A stretch of DNA of 64,000 nucleotides from Candidatus Spongiisociaceae bacterium (GCA_965219685.1 CBDCOH010000002.1:3552001-3616000), one strand, 5' to 3'; positions 50,068-60,751 are shown, numbered from the stretch's first letter. Notes: a model not told the origin generated them from the letters alone. Numbers and translations: made by a program.

Positions 50068-51621
50068 ATGCTCGATTGGTTGCTGACCGGCGGCACGGTG
50101 GTCGACGGGACCGGGAGTCCCGGCTTCCGGGCCGATGTGGGCCTGGAGGGGGACCGGATCGCAGCCGTCGGGTCGCTGGACGGTTGCGAGGCGCGCCGGA
50201 CTCTGGACGTGGCCGGCTCCGTGGTCTGCCCCGGGTTCATCGACGTCCATTCCCATTCCGAGTTCTCCCTGCTGAGAGGGGCTGATGTCGATGCGCGCCT
50301 CCGCCAGGGGATCACTACCGACCTGCTGTCGCCGGACGGTTTCGCCTACGCGCCCCTGTCACCGGACCGCCTCGGCGAGATGAAGGCCTACCTCGAGGTG
50401 TTCAACGGGGCACCCGAGGAAGGCTGGGAATGGTCGGGCAACGAGGAGTACCTGGCGATGTTCGACGGTCAGGCCGGCATCAACGTCGTGCCCCAGGTGG
50501 GGTTCAACGCGGTGCGGGCCGAAGCGGTCGGCTGGGATCCCCGCCCGGCCGAACCATCCGAGATCGACCGCATGCGGGAACTCACCCGCCAGGGCATGGA
50601 GGAGGGCGCCCCCGGCATCCAGGTGGGCCTCGACTACTTCCCGTCCGGCCATGCCACCACCGAGGAGTTGATCGCCGTCGCGAGGGTGGTCGCCGAGTAC
50701 GGGGGCGTGTACACATCCCACGTCAGGGGCATCCGGGGCGACACCGAGGGCGGGGTCAAGGAGGCCCTCGTGGTCGGGCGGGAGAGCGGCGTGGCGGTCC
50801 ACATCTCCCATCTGTTCGGCTCGGACGACCTCTACCAACTGCTCACCGACGCCCGCGACGAGGGCTTCGACGTGACCTTCGACGCCTACCCCTACATGGC
50901 TGCCAGCAGCCACCTGGCCTTCTGCCTGCCCAAGTGGGTCGACCGCGGCCCCCCTGCCACCGTCGTGGAGATGCTGGGCGATGCGAATGTCCGATCCCGG
51001 CTGGCTGCCCACATCGACGAGTTCTTCGAGGCCTACGTGGCCCGACCCGAGAACGCCTTCTTCTCGTCCCTCCCGCCCGGTCCCTACCAGTTCCTGGAGG
51101 GTCGCCCGCTCACCGATGCGGTGGGCACGGTGGGCCCCACCCTGGCCGAAGCGGTCTGCACCCTGCTGGCCGAGTGCCGGATGCGGGTGCTGATGGTGTA
51201 CCGGTGGTACGACGAGGCCAAGCTGCGCCGGGCCATGACCCACCCTCGCGGGATGGTCGGCTCCGACGGGCTGTTCCGCGGCAGCTACCCCCACCCTCGG
51301 GGGTTCGGAGCCCACGCCCGGGTGCTCGCGCATCTGGTGCGGGAGAAGGGTTGGCTGGAGCTACCCGACGCCATCCGCCGGATGACCTCCATGCCCGCCG
51401 CCCGCTACAGCCTGGCCGACCGGGGAGTGATCCGCGCAGGAGCCGCCGCCGACGTGGCCGTGTTCGACCCGGACCGCATCCAGGACCGGGCCACCTTCGA
51501 GAACCCCCGCCGAAGGGCCGTCGGGATGGACTACGTCTTCGTCAACGGCCGCCCGGCCATCGAAGCCGGGCACATTGCAGAAACCGTCGCCGGCCGGGTC
51601 CTGCGAAGATCCACGGCCTGA
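50068..51621 (+). CDS. N-acyl-D-amino-acid deacylase family amidohydrolase
   Basis: VVDGTG, PGFIDVHSHS, SHVR, HISH, FDAYPY, GSDG, HPRGFG. Confidence 0.92.
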   Translation: MLDWLLTGGTVVDGTGSPGFRADVGLEGDRIAAVGSLDGCEARRTLDVAGSVVCPGFIDVHSHSEFSLLRGADVDARLRQGITTDLLSPDGFAYAPLSPDRLGEMKAYLEVFNGAPEEGWEWSGNEEYLAMFDGQAGINVVPQVGFNAVRAEAVGWDPRPAEPSEIDRMRELTRQGMEEGAPGIQVGLDYFPSGHATTEELIAVARVVAEYGGVYTSHVRGIRGDTEGGVKEALVVGRESGVAVHISHLFGSDDLYQLLTDARDEGFDVTFDAYPYMAASSHLAFCLPKWVDRGPPATVVEMLGDANVRSRLAAHIDEFFEAYVARPENAFFSSLPPGPYQFLEGRPLTDAVGTVGPTLAEAVCTLLAECRMRVLMVYRWYDEAKLRRAMTHPRGMVGSDGLFRGSYPHPRGFGAHARVLAHLVREKGWLELPDAIRRMTSMPAARYSLADRGVIRAGAAADVAVFDPDRIQDRATFENPRRRAVGMDYVFVNGRPAIEAGHIAETVAGRVLRRSTA

Positions 51622-51770
51622 CCTGAGCCTCTCTGCCTGTATAAGGGTCCTACCTCTGGTCACCGTGGCGACCGGCTGTTATCCCAATCTTTTTTTGTAT
51701 CTCGTAGGTACTCGCCAATCTCCCGAAACTAGTCTGGTCGGGACATGCCGGGTAGAGAGGGAGGTCACTT

Positions 51771-53102
51771 GTGAGCAGTATGCGTGTTTTGACCGGCCGT
51801 CCGATGAGCCGTCGGGCTTTCGTACAAAAGGCCGCGGCAGCCGGGGTAGGGCTCAGCGCCCTAGGTGCGCTCATGGCCTCCTGCGCCGACGACGACGGAC
51901 CCGACCGACCCCTCACACCTGCCTTCTACGACTGGATCCTGTCCCTGTTCCCGACCCAGGCGGTTAGCGACAGTTGGGACCAGGAAGTCAACGTGCAGAC
52001 CGCTCCCGTGGAGGGCTTCGGCATCGAGCGTTTCGTGGCGGAGGGCGAGGAAGGCGAGAGCACCTGGGACATCTACGTCGGGATGACCCCCTTCGTGGAG
52101 ATGGCCGCCCTGATCGATGCAGGCGTCATCGAGCCCTGGGATCCCTACCTGGCCGACGGCGTCGCAGACACATGGGTTCCGTCGGTCAGGGCGGAAGCCA
52201 CCTACGACGGCCAGATATACAGCCATCCATTCGACAGCAGCATCGTGGCGGCCGGGTGGCACGGCGGTCTGGTGGCGGCGGCGGGCCTCGATCCCGACTA
52301 CGCCCCGCCCACCTGGGACGACTGGCTCGCTTCGGCGCGCCAGGTGATGGACAGCGGGGCGGCTCCGTTCGGCGCCACGTTCGACGCCAACGGATGGCGC
52401 TCTCTGGCGCCGATCGCCCACTCCATCGACATCAACGTCTACACCGACGAGGGCCGCTTCGACTTCACCCACGACGCGGTGATCGAGGCTCTCGAGATCA
52501 TGAGGCGGCTCATGGAGGTGTCGAACCCGGACGTGCTCGGCCAGGGAGCCACCGACGCCGGGGCCAACGTCACCCCCGACGAGGGCGCCTTCGCGGGCGA
52601 GAAGGCCGCCTACTACTTCAAGCACGCCTTCGGGCCGATCAACATGTCGTCCAAGTGGACGGACCCCAGCCAGCTGCGGCTAGGGGCCATCCCGACCGTG
52701 CCGGGCGGGTCCGGCGGAACGGTGTTCTGGTCGACCGGCGCCGGTCTGTTCACCTACGGCGGCAACAAGGAGCAGGCGGCCGAGTACATGCACTACCTCA
52801 CCTCCCACGAGGACATCCACCGGGCGGATGTCGGCAACCAGGGCGGGGTGGTAGGCCAGCTCCAGCCCTACCAGACGATCTGGAACGAGTGGCGGGCGAA
52901 TCCGCCGTCCTGGCTGGCGAGCTGGGCGTTCGCGCTGCAGGACCAGTTGGGAAGGGCGAGCGCGATCCACACTCATACGGCCGGAGTCACCCAGTTCCAG
53001 ATCGGTCGGCCCCACTGGGAGACCTACCTCACGGGCGAGGTGTCGACCGCCCGCGAGGCCCTGCAGGCCGCCAAGGACGCGGTGCTCGCCGAAACGGCCT
53101 AG
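51771..53102 (+). CDS. ABC transporter substrate-binding lipoprotein (carbohydrate family, Tat signal)
   Basis: SRRAFVQ twin-Arg, MASC lipobox, PPTWDDW. Confidence 0.85.
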   Translation: MSSMRVLTGRPMSRRAFVQKAAAAGVGLSALGALMASCADDDGPDRPLTPAFYDWILSLFPTQAVSDSWDQEVNVQTAPVEGFGIERFVAEGEEGESTWDIYVGMTPFVEMAALIDAGVIEPWDPYLADGVADTWVPSVRAEATYDGQIYSHPFDSSIVAAGWHGGLVAAAGLDPDYAPPTWDDWLASARQVMDSGAAPFGATFDANGWRSLAPIAHSIDINVYTDEGRFDFTHDAVIEALEIMRRLMEVSNPDVLGQGATDAGANVTPDEGAFAGEKAAYYFKHAFGPINMSSKWTDPSQLRLGAIPTVPGGSGGTVFWSTGAGLFTYGGNKEQAAEYMHYLTSHEDIHRADVGNQGGVVGQLQPYQTIWNEWRANPPSWLASWAFALQDQLGRASAIHTHTAGVTQFQIGRPHWETYLTGEVSTAREALQAAKDAVLAETA

Positions 53103-53139
53103 TCGTGGTCCGTCTGCTCACAGACGGACCACCGTCGAG

Positions 53140-54087
53140 TTGATTGTCACCGGTCGGGACAGCCTGAAGAGGTTGTCCCGACCCAGGACGAGACAGAGCG
53201 GCAGGCGGTCCGAGGTCATCCCGTTCTTGGTGCCGGCGCTGATCCTGTTCGGCATCTGGCAGCTGTACCCGATGCTGCGGGTGGTGGCGCTGGCCTTCAC
53301 GGACTACGTAGTGATCGGCTCCGCCCCCACCTCGTTCGTGGGGTTCGGCAACTTCATCGAAGCGTTCGGCGATCCGTTGGTGCGGAGCGGGCTGGCCCGC
53401 TCGCTGGTATTCACGCTGATCTTCCTGCCGGGGGCGATCATCCTCCCCCTGCTGGCGGCGGTGGCGCTGACCCGGGTCCGCTCTACCCGCCTGGCCGGTT
53501 TCTACCGGGTGGTCCTCCTAGTCCCGGCGCTGCTGCCCGGCCCGCTGATCTTCATCATGTGGCGGTGGTTGTACAGCCCGGCCATCGGACCCATCAACTA
53601 CCTGCTGGTCGACGTGCTGGGGTGGTTCACCATCCATACGGTTCCCAACTGGGCCGGGGATCCGACCCTGGTACTCCCCTCGATCGTGGTGATGGAATGG
53701 TGGTGGGGGATCGGGTACCACACCATCTTCTTCCTGGCCGGCCTGGCCGCCATACCGATGAGCACGCTGGAGTCGGCAAGGGTCGACGGCGCCCACGAGG
53801 GGAGGGTGTTCTGGCACATCCTGCTACCCGGCCTGAGGCCGATCATCGCCGTGCTGGTGATCCTGCGGCTCGGATCGGCCTTCGCCGTAATCGAGGAGTT
53901 CCTCATCTACGGCGGTGTCAACCGGGCACTGCCGACCTATACATGGACCGTCTACATGTGGGACACCGCGTTCAAGGTCGGCAGATGGGAGCAGGGCTAC
54001 GCCTCGGCGGTGGGCCTGATTGGCACGCTGGCGGTGCTGGCCCTGATCCTGCTGATGCTGCGGTTGGGAAGGCTGACACGCTCATGA
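53140..54087 (+). CDS. Carbohydrate ABC permease 1
   Basis: FVGFGNF, ESARVDGA EAA loop. Confidence 0.92.
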   Translation: MIVTGRDSLKRLSRPRTRQSGRRSEVIPFLVPALILFGIWQLYPMLRVVALAFTDYVVIGSAPTSFVGFGNFIEAFGDPLVRSGLARSLVFTLIFLPGAIILPLLAAVALTRVRSTRLAGFYRVVLLVPALLPGPLIFIMWRWLYSPAIGPINYLLVDVLGWFTIHTVPNWAGDPTLVLPSIVVMEWWWGIGYHTIFFLAGLAAIPMSTLESARVDGAHEGRVFWHILLPGLRPIIAVLVILRLGSAFAVIEEFLIYGGVNRALPTYTWTVYMWDTAFKVGRWEQGYASAVGLIGTLAVLALILLMLRLGRLTRS

Positions 54088-54956
54088 CGACGGCCGGCAT
54101 GCGGGAGGTGGGGCTCCGGGACCTGCGCGCACTGCTCGGTCGGGTGGCGACGCACGCGTACCTGGTCCTGCTGGTGCTGTTCGTGGCGCTCCCGCTGCTC
54201 TGGGTGCTGCTGCTGTCCGTCAAGACCCTCCCGGACGCCTACACCAACCAGATCATTCCCCGGTTCGGCCTGACGCTGGAGCACTACTGGCAGACGTGGG
54301 GAACGATCGGCTCCCTTCGGCGTAACTTCCTCAACAGCGCCGTAGTGGCGGTGGGGAGCATCACTCTTACCGTGGCGGCGGCGAGCCTGGTGGCCTACGC
54401 GGTGGTGCATCTCCGCTTCCGCGCCAAGGCGGTGGTGATCGTCACCGCCTTCGCAGCACTGCTGATCCCGGTCCGGGTCTCCGGAATCATCGGCGTGTGG
54501 GCGGTCCAGCGCCAGCTCGACCTGCTGGACTCGGTCCTCGGGCTGATCCCGCCCTATTCGACCTTCGGGCTGGCGGTGGGCTTCTTTATCATGAAGAGCA
54601 CGTTCGAGCTGATACCGAGGGAACTGATGGAAGCCGCGGAAGTGGACGGCGCGTCGCCTCTCTGGCGGTTCTGGCATGTAGCTGTCCCGCTGGCCCGCAA
54701 CGGGCTGATCGTGGCCGGCCTCACACAGTTCATCCTGTCGTGGGGCGACTACCTGCTGGCGGTGACCCTCACCACATCGTTGGAGTCCCGCACCCTGCCG
54801 GTGCTGCTCGCCACCGCCACGGGAGGGATGGGCGCTTGGAACTGGCCTTCGATCTCGGCGGTGTTCGTGATGGCCTCCCTGCCGGTGCTGATCGTGTTCA
54901 TCCTCGTGTACCGGCGGTTCATGCAAGGGGTTCTCGAAGGTGGATTGCGGGGATAG
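54084..54956 (+). CDS. Carbohydrate ABC permease 2
   Basis: FLNS, IPRELMEAAEVDGAS; ATGA overlap. Confidence 0.92.
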   Translation: MTTAGMREVGLRDLRALLGRVATHAYLVLLVLFVALPLLWVLLLSVKTLPDAYTNQIIPRFGLTLEHYWQTWGTIGSLRRNFLNSAVVAVGSITLTVAAASLVAYAVVHLRFRAKAVVIVTAFAALLIPVRVSGIIGVWAVQRQLDLLDSVLGLIPPYSTFGLAVGFFIMKSTFELIPRELMEAAEVDGASPLWRFWHVAVPLARNGLIVAGLTQFILSWGDYLLAVTLTTSLESRTLPVLLATATGGMGAWNWPSISAVFVMASLPVLIVFILVYRRFMQGVLEGGLRG

Positions 54957-54973
54957 AAACGGAGGGAAGAAAC

Positions 54974-55843
54974 ATGGATGTACCGGCCGGCCCCAAAATG
55001 CTCATCGGATACGACGTCGAGTCCTGCGCGATCGGCGAAAGCCTGAGCCGCATCAAGGACCCGGCGAACCAGCTCTACGAGGCGATGGATTCGGCATCGA
55101 TCGAGGAAGGCTGCCGGCGGATCGTGTCCCTGCACCGGGATCTGGGAGTGGCGGGCACGGTGTTCGCCTGCGGGAAGACCGTGCTCCACGCCCTTCCGAC
55201 CTTCGAGGGGCTGGTCGATGAAGAACTGATCGATATCCAGCAACACACCTACAGCCACGTGCTGTTCAAGGAGGACGTTCAACTGGGGGCGACCTTCCCC
55301 GCCTCCCCTACCCCGGCCCTACGGTTCGAGGTGCGGATGGCGTCGACGGTGCTCCGGGAGTACCTGGGCATCGAATGCGTCGGGCTCCGCACTCCCCACG
55401 GCTACGCCTCCGGCCTGGCAGACCGCCCCGACTTGGTGGATGTGATCCGATCCGAAGGTATACGCTTCGTCAGTTCCTGGGCGCGGGATCCCGAGGGGAA
55501 CTCGCCGGCTCCGCTTACCAACCAGCCTCACTGGTACGACGGGGGCGGGGTACTGGAGACTCCCTTCCAGCATTGGATGGACGTGGCGTGGTTCGAGCTG
55601 AAAGGACTCGGCGCTCACGACGAGTTCACCAAGGTGCTGCGGGAGGCGGTGGACTGGATCGTCGACAACGAGGCGGTATACGGGACCTGCTTCCATGACT
55701 GGGGGTTGCTGCGCTACCAGTCGGAGGAGTCCGGCTGGCTGCGTAACCTGGTCGAATACGCGTTGGAGAGCGGGGTGGAGGTGATGAGCTACACGGACTA
55801 CTACCGGCAGGCAGAGGCTCTCGCGGGGGGTGATGGCCCATGA
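54974..55843 (+). CDS. Polysaccharide deacetylase family protein
   Basis: GYDVE, QHTYSH, GLRTPHG, FHDW. Confidence 0.85.
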   Translation: MDVPAGPKMLIGYDVESCAIGESLSRIKDPANQLYEAMDSASIEEGCRRIVSLHRDLGVAGTVFACGKTVLHALPTFEGLVDEELIDIQQHTYSHVLFKEDVQLGATFPASPTPALRFEVRMASTVLREYLGIECVGLRTPHGYASGLADRPDLVDVIRSEGIRFVSSWARDPEGNSPAPLTNQPHWYDGGGVLETPFQHWMDVAWFELKGLGAHDEFTKVLREAVDWIVDNEAVYGTCFHDWGLLRYQSEESGWLRNLVEYALESGVEVMSYTDYYRQAEALAGGDGP

Positions 55844-56763
55844 CGATGCTGATGGAAGGGATCATCACGCCGGTGATCACCCCGTTCCACGCCGACGGGA
55901 GCATCGACCGGCCCTCCTTCGGCGAGATGCTGGAACACCTCATCAGCGCCGGCGTGCACAGCGTCATCGTCGGGGGCAGCACCGGCGAGTTCTACGCCCA
56001 GACCCTCGCCGAGCGGATCGAGATGATGGAGTTCGGGGTCGACGTGGTCCGGCGGCGGATACCGGTCATGGCGGGTGTATCCGCCAGCCGCACCGAGGAC
56101 TCCATCACCCTCGCCGCGGCCGCCCGGGAGCTCGGATGCGACGGCCTGCTGGTGGGGTCGCCCCCGTACGCGGCGCCCACCGAGAAGGAGAACGCCCTCC
56201 ATGCCCTGCGGATCGACCGGGCGGCCCGCCTCCCGATCATGCTCTACAACTATCCGGCCCGGACCGGCTCGGACATGGGACCGGAGTACCTGAGCAGGGT
56301 TAGCCGATCCCCCCGGTTCCGGGCCATGAAGGAGAGTTCCGGCGACATAGACCGCCTCCACCTGCTGGCCCGCGAGTTCCCGCACCTCTCGATCGCCTGC
56401 GGGGCCGACGACCAAGCGCTGGAGTTCTTCGTGTGGGGCGCCCGGTCGTGGGTGTGCGCCGGGTCCAACTTCCTGCCGGCGGAGCACATCGCCCTCTACG
56501 AGACGTGCGCCGTCAAGGGCGACTACGAGCTGGGACGGCGGGTCATGAAAGCCATGCTCCCCCTGATGTCCACCCTCGAGAGGGGTGGCAAGTTCGTCCA
56601 AGGCGTCAAGTTCGGCGCCCGGCTGGCGGGTTTGCCCGCCGGGGTGCCCCGCCAGCCGCTCCGGTCGCTGACCAAGGAGGAGAAGCGGGAACTTGAGCGG
56701 GTCATCCGCACGCTGAAGACCTCGGTGCGCAGCGCCCTGGACGCGGGGTCCGCCCATGCTTGA
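55840..56763 (+). CDS. Dihydrodipicolinate synthase family (DapA-like) lyase
   Basis: ITPF, GSTGEF, LYNYP, MKESSGD. Confidence 0.92.
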   Translation: MTMLMEGIITPVITPFHADGSIDRPSFGEMLEHLISAGVHSVIVGGSTGEFYAQTLAERIEMMEFGVDVVRRRIPVMAGVSASRTEDSITLAAAARELGCDGLLVGSPPYAAPTEKENALHALRIDRAARLPIMLYNYPARTGSDMGPEYLSRVSRSPRFRAMKESSGDIDRLHLLAREFPHLSIACGADDQALEFFVWGARSWVCAGSNFLPAEHIALYETCAVKGDYELGRRVMKAMLPLMSTLERGGKFVQGVKFGARLAGLPAGVPRQPLRSLTKEEKRELERVIRTLKTSVRSALDAGSAHA

Positions 56764-58273
56764 TCTGCTGACCAGGGACGAGTACGCGGCGCTGTCGTCG
56801 GCGATGATCCTGCCCGCCAACGCGTTCGTCGACGGCAAGTTCCGCCCCGCCCTCTCCGGCGCGACCTTCATGTCCGCCAACCCGGCGACGGGAGAGCCCC
56901 TTGCCGAGGTCGCCGCCTGCGGAGCCGAGGATGTCGACTTGGCGGTCCGCAAGGCGCGGGAGGCCTTCGACGACGGTCGTTGGGCCAAGCGGGCGCCGGC
57001 CGACCGCAAGGAGGTCCTCATCCGGCTGGTGAAGCTGATGACCCGCAACCGACGGGAACTGGCCGTGATGGAGAGCATCGAATCCGGGAAGCCGATCCGG
57101 GACTGCGACGCGATCGATGTCCCGGAGGCCATCGACACCATCAAATGGCACGCCGAGCTCATCGACAAGGTCTACGACAAATCGGCTCCGGTGGGCGACG
57201 ATGCCATGGCGATCATCGTGCGAGAGCCCGTCGGGGTGGTGGGTGCGGTCCTCCCCTGGAACTTCCCGCTGCTGATAGCCGCCTGGAAGATCGGCCCGGC
57301 CCTGGCCGCCGGGAACTCCGTCGTGCTGAAGCCCTCCAAGCAGACCTCGCTCACCGCCCTGCGCCTGGCCGAACTGGCGATGGAGGCAGGCCTCCCGGAC
57401 GGTGTCCTCAACGTGGTCACCGGCACCGGGACCGGGGTCGGGGAGCCGATCGGGCTGCACATGGACATCGACATGGTGACCTTCACCGGGTCGACCGGGA
57501 CCGGTCGCAGGTTTCTGCGTTACTCGGCGGATTCCAACCTCAAGAAGGTCACCCTCGAGTGCGGCGGCAAGAACCCCTTCGTGGTGCTGGAAGGAGCGGA
57601 GGACCTGGACATGGTGGCCGAGCACTTCGTGACCGGCGCCTTCTGGAACATGGGGGAGAACTGCTCGGCCTCGTCTCGCCTGATCGTCCACCGAGCCGTG
57701 CGTGACGAACTGCTCGACCGGGTTCTGGCCCGGGCGGCGGACTGGCGGACCGGGGATCCGCTCGATCCCGTCAACCAGCTCGGGCCGCTGGTCGACGAGG
57801 CCCACCACGACAAGGTGTGCTCCTACCTACGGGCAGGTGCTGACGATGGGGCCGACGTCCTGCTGGGAGGCGAGTCGCTGGGCGGCCTGTACGTGGCGCC
57901 GACACTATTCGACGTCCCGAACCCGACGTCGGTCCTCATAACCGAGGAAATTTTCGGCCCGGTGGCGGCGGTTAGCACAGTGAACAGCAACGAGGCCGCG
58001 GTGCGGATGGCCAACGACACGCCCTACGGCTTGGCCGCCTCGGTGTTCTCCGGGAACATGCGGGAGGCCCTGCGCGGGGCGAGGGCCATCCGGGCCGGCA
58101 CCGTCACCGTCAACTGCTATGGGGAGGGGGATATCTCCACCCCGTTCGGCGGCTACAAGCAGTCCGGCTTCGGCGGCCGGGACAACTCGGTATACGCCCA
58201 CGAGCAGTACACCGAGCTGAAGACCATCTGGATCGACCTCAGCGACCGAGACCTGGAGGAGACGATCGACTAA
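56756..58273 (+). CDS. Aldehyde dehydrogenase (PuuC-like)
   Basis: PWNFP, FTGST, LECGGKNP, GENCSA, EEIFGPV, PFGGYKQSG. Confidence 0.95.
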   Translation: MLDLLTRDEYAALSSAMILPANAFVDGKFRPALSGATFMSANPATGEPLAEVAACGAEDVDLAVRKAREAFDDGRWAKRAPADRKEVLIRLVKLMTRNRRELAVMESIESGKPIRDCDAIDVPEAIDTIKWHAELIDKVYDKSAPVGDDAMAIIVREPVGVVGAVLPWNFPLLIAAWKIGPALAAGNSVVLKPSKQTSLTALRLAELAMEAGLPDGVLNVVTGTGTGVGEPIGLHMDIDMVTFTGSTGTGRRFLRYSADSNLKKVTLECGGKNPFVVLEGAEDLDMVAEHFVTGAFWNMGENCSASSRLIVHRAVRDELLDRVLARAADWRTGDPLDPVNQLGPLVDEAHHDKVCSYLRAGADDGADVLLGGESLGGLYVAPTLFDVPNPTSVLITEEIFGPVAAVSTVNSNEAAVRMANDTPYGLAASVFSGNMREALRGARAIRAGTVTVNCYGEGDISTPFGGYKQSGFGGRDNSVYAHEQYTELKTIWIDLSDRDLEETID

Positions 58274-58318
58274 GGCTGGTGGCTGGTGGCTGGTGGCTGG
58301 TGGCTGGTGGCTGGTGGC
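58274..58318. repeat. Perfect heptamer repeat (GGCTGGT)x6
   Basis: Begins immediately after the ALDH stop codon. Confidence 0.95.
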
Positions 58319-58365
58319 GCCATCAATGTGACTAAGGGCGATTGCGCTGATCGGGGGCAAGTGAC

Positions 58366-58548
58366 CTAACGAAGGCCTGCGGCGAAGCGGCAAACCCACG
58401 GCCCCGCCAGGAAGGCCGCCATGGTGGCGCCGATGGTGTCGAGGAACAGGGGCAGGTTCAAGGTCTGCGTGAAGAACCTCCCGATGAGGTTGATCCCGAT
58501 TGCCACCGGAAGCCTATTTGACGTGTTTGTCTTTTCTTCACCATCCAC
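58366..58548 (-). pseudogene. ECF transporter S-component fragment
   Basis: PVAIGINLIG...LPLFLDTIG...LAGPW. Confidence 0.6.
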
Positions 58549-58575
58549 TTGGCCCTGAGTGACGACAAGCGGGGG

Positions 58576-58611
58576 AAAAACGCCCTGCCGCCATCGGATG
58601 GCGGCAGGGCG
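58576..58611 (-). terminator. Intrinsic terminator
   Basis: CGCCCTGCCGCCATC-G-GATGGCGGCAGGGCG inverted repeat with T5 tail on the minus strand. Confidence 0.85.
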
Positions 58612-58657
58612 TAAGACGGAAGCCGAGTCTCTGGCCGGACATCGGCGTACCGGCCGG

Positions 58658-60751
58658 TCAGGGTCGTGTCAGCCTGCTCGTCTGCCGGTAACTGCCGTCC
58701 TCTTCCAATCTGGTCAGGATCACTTCATCCGAGCCCTGATTGTCGCCGGGGCCGTAGCTGAGCGTGATGTCGCTGATCCTGATCGTCCCGGCTTGCTGGA
58801 AGACATCAACGAAGCACTCCCGGGTTAGATCGGGACAGGCCCGGAGACCCTCGATGGCCACGCGGCCTGCCAGGTAACCCTCAAGGGAGATGAACCCGGG
58901 ATCTGCGTCCGGATTGAACGCCGACAGAGCGGTCTGATACTCGCGGACCACCTGTCGGGTCGTGTCATCCGGCAAGGGCGTCACTTGGGTCACGTACACG
59001 CCGGCGCCGCTCTCGCCGAGTCTGCCGAGTTCAGCTGCCAGAGCCTCGGTGCCCACGAACGACACCGCCATGAAGACGGGATCCTGTTCCAGGCGATCTC
59101 GTAGCAGCTCGATAGCCGCCGCCGCCGGTTTGTGGGCGCCGATGATGATGACCGCTTCCGGCCGCGCTTCCGAGATTTGGAATGACGCGCGCCTTATAGC
59201 AGTGGTGTTTCTCCGGTAGAACTCCGTTGCCACCGGTTCCAAGCCGCGGCGGTCAAGAGCCTGGCGCACACCCTCCAGCCCGTCCACGCCGTAGGTGTCG
59301 TTCTGGTAGAGCACGGCGACGCGCCGGACGTTCAAGTCCTTGGTGAGGCGTTCCACCATCTGCTCGGTTTCCTGGTGGTATGAGGCTCGGAAGTTGATTG
59401 TATTGCTCAGTTCGGGATCCTCGCGCAGGAAGCGGGCACCCGTGAACGGGGCGATGAAGGGAGCGCCATCAGCCCTCGCCAGCGGAGCCGATGTCTTGGA
59501 GGTGGGCGTACCCACCGCACCGATCAGCCCGAACACGTTCCCACTCTCCAGCAGCCGCTGGGTGTTGACAAAGGCCCTTTGGGCGTCGTAGCCGTCATCC
59601 TGCGTCGGGAGGAGGGTCAAACTGCGCCCGTGGACGCCGCCGCCACGGTTGGCCTCTGCGAACGCGGCCCTGATGCCCAATTCCATCCCCTGGCCCAATA
59701 CCGCCGATGGCCCGCTCAGGGCGGCGGACTGTCCGAAGTGGATCGCCGTGTCGGTAACGCCCGGAACGCCAACGGCTTCCTCCGGGGGCATCGATCCTGT
59801 GGGCGCCGGAGTGCCCAGCACGGCGGCGGCCAGGCTATCGACTTCGAATAGGAGCCGGTGCAGGATTGCGTCGTTCTCCTCGATGAGGTCCCGTTCGCCG
59901 GCGACCAGGTTGAGCCGTTGTTCCAGCACACCGGAGAATGCTCCTTGACCTGTCTCCAGGATCCGGCGAGCTCCTGGAACTATCCGCGGATCCAATAAGC
60001 GCCCATGGTTTGCCGTCAGAAACTCAAGGTTCGACTGCAACCGATCTGAGGCTGCCACGTAATTTTCTTCGGTCAATCCGATGTATGACGGGTCCGCCCC
60101 GAGGAGCGACGAGACCAGGAACGTCCCTGCGGCGCCGATATCAGCGGCGAGTCCCTCCATGTGAGTGTATCGGAACATGTCATCCCGTAAGGACCACCTG
60201 ATTTCATCGCTGGTGAGATCGTAGAAGTGCTCATCCGCACTCTCGCTGCCGGCGACTGCCATGACACGGGCAAGACTGATGATTTCGGCAACTGTCTCGG
60301 CGTTCTGTCCCAACGCTGCCAACACTCGGGGCCTTCCTGCGGTAATTTGGCTCGTGTTCGCAACCAGGCGGTCCGCCTGAACTCTGATGCGACCAACCTG
60401 TTCGTCGTAGCCTTTCCCGGCCAGGCTGTCCAGTTGTCGGTATAGCCCAGCCCGATGAACGGCCGCCTCTCGGGCAGCCTCGGCAAGGCTCTCCCGGGTC
60501 ATGCCAAGGTGGCTGGTGGTAGATGCGACGGCAGCCAACTCGCTGGCGTGCCTGGTTATCCACAGCGTGGCCGCAAGCACCTCCGCGTCGTTGTTGGCGA
60601 CATCGCCGGTATCGACAGTGTCTTGCGCGCTCAAACTGCCCATCGATAGCCCCCCGATGGTCAGGGCCAGCGCTACGCCCAAGGCTGCAATCACGCCAAG
60701 GCGTCCTCGTCTCGCTGTACTAGTCGCGTTCACTGCGGTTCTCCTCCTCAT
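58658..60751 (-). CDS. Exported protein: helical N-terminal domain fused to LivJ-like (type 1) substrate-binding domain
   Basis: Signal peptide; GVTDTAIHFGQSAALSGP, GGVHGR, DDGYD, GAVGTPT, NFRASY. Confidence 0.85.
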   Translation of the reverse strand: MRRRTAVNATSTARRGRLGVIAALGVALALTIGGLSMGSLSAQDTVDTGDVANNDAEVLAATLWITRHASELAAVASTTSHLGMTRESLAEAAREAAVHRAGLYRQLDSLAGKGYDEQVGRIRVQADRLVANTSQITAGRPRVLAALGQNAETVAEIISLARVMAVAGSESADEHFYDLTSDEIRWSLRDDMFRYTHMEGLAADIGAAGTFLVSSLLGADPSYIGLTEENYVAASDRLQSNLEFLTANHGRLLDPRIVPGARRILETGQGAFSGVLEQRLNLVAGERDLIEENDAILHRLLFEVDSLAAAVLGTPAPTGSMPPEEAVGVPGVTDTAIHFGQSAALSGPSAVLGQGMELGIRAAFAEANRGGGVHGRSLTLLPTQDDGYDAQRAFVNTQRLLESGNVFGLIGAVGTPTSKTSAPLARADGAPFIAPFTGARFLREDPELSNTINFRASYHQETEQMVERLTKDLNVRRVAVLYQNDTYGVDGLEGVRQALDRRGLEPVATEFYRRNTTAIRRASFQISEARPEAVIIIGAHKPAAAAIELLRDRLEQDPVFMAVSFVGTEALAAELGRLGESGAGVYVTQVTPLPDDTTRQVVREYQTALSAFNPDADPGFISLEGYLAGRVAIEGLRACPDLTRECFVDVFQQAGTIRISDITLSYGPGDNQGSDEVILTRLEEDGSYRQTSRLTRP

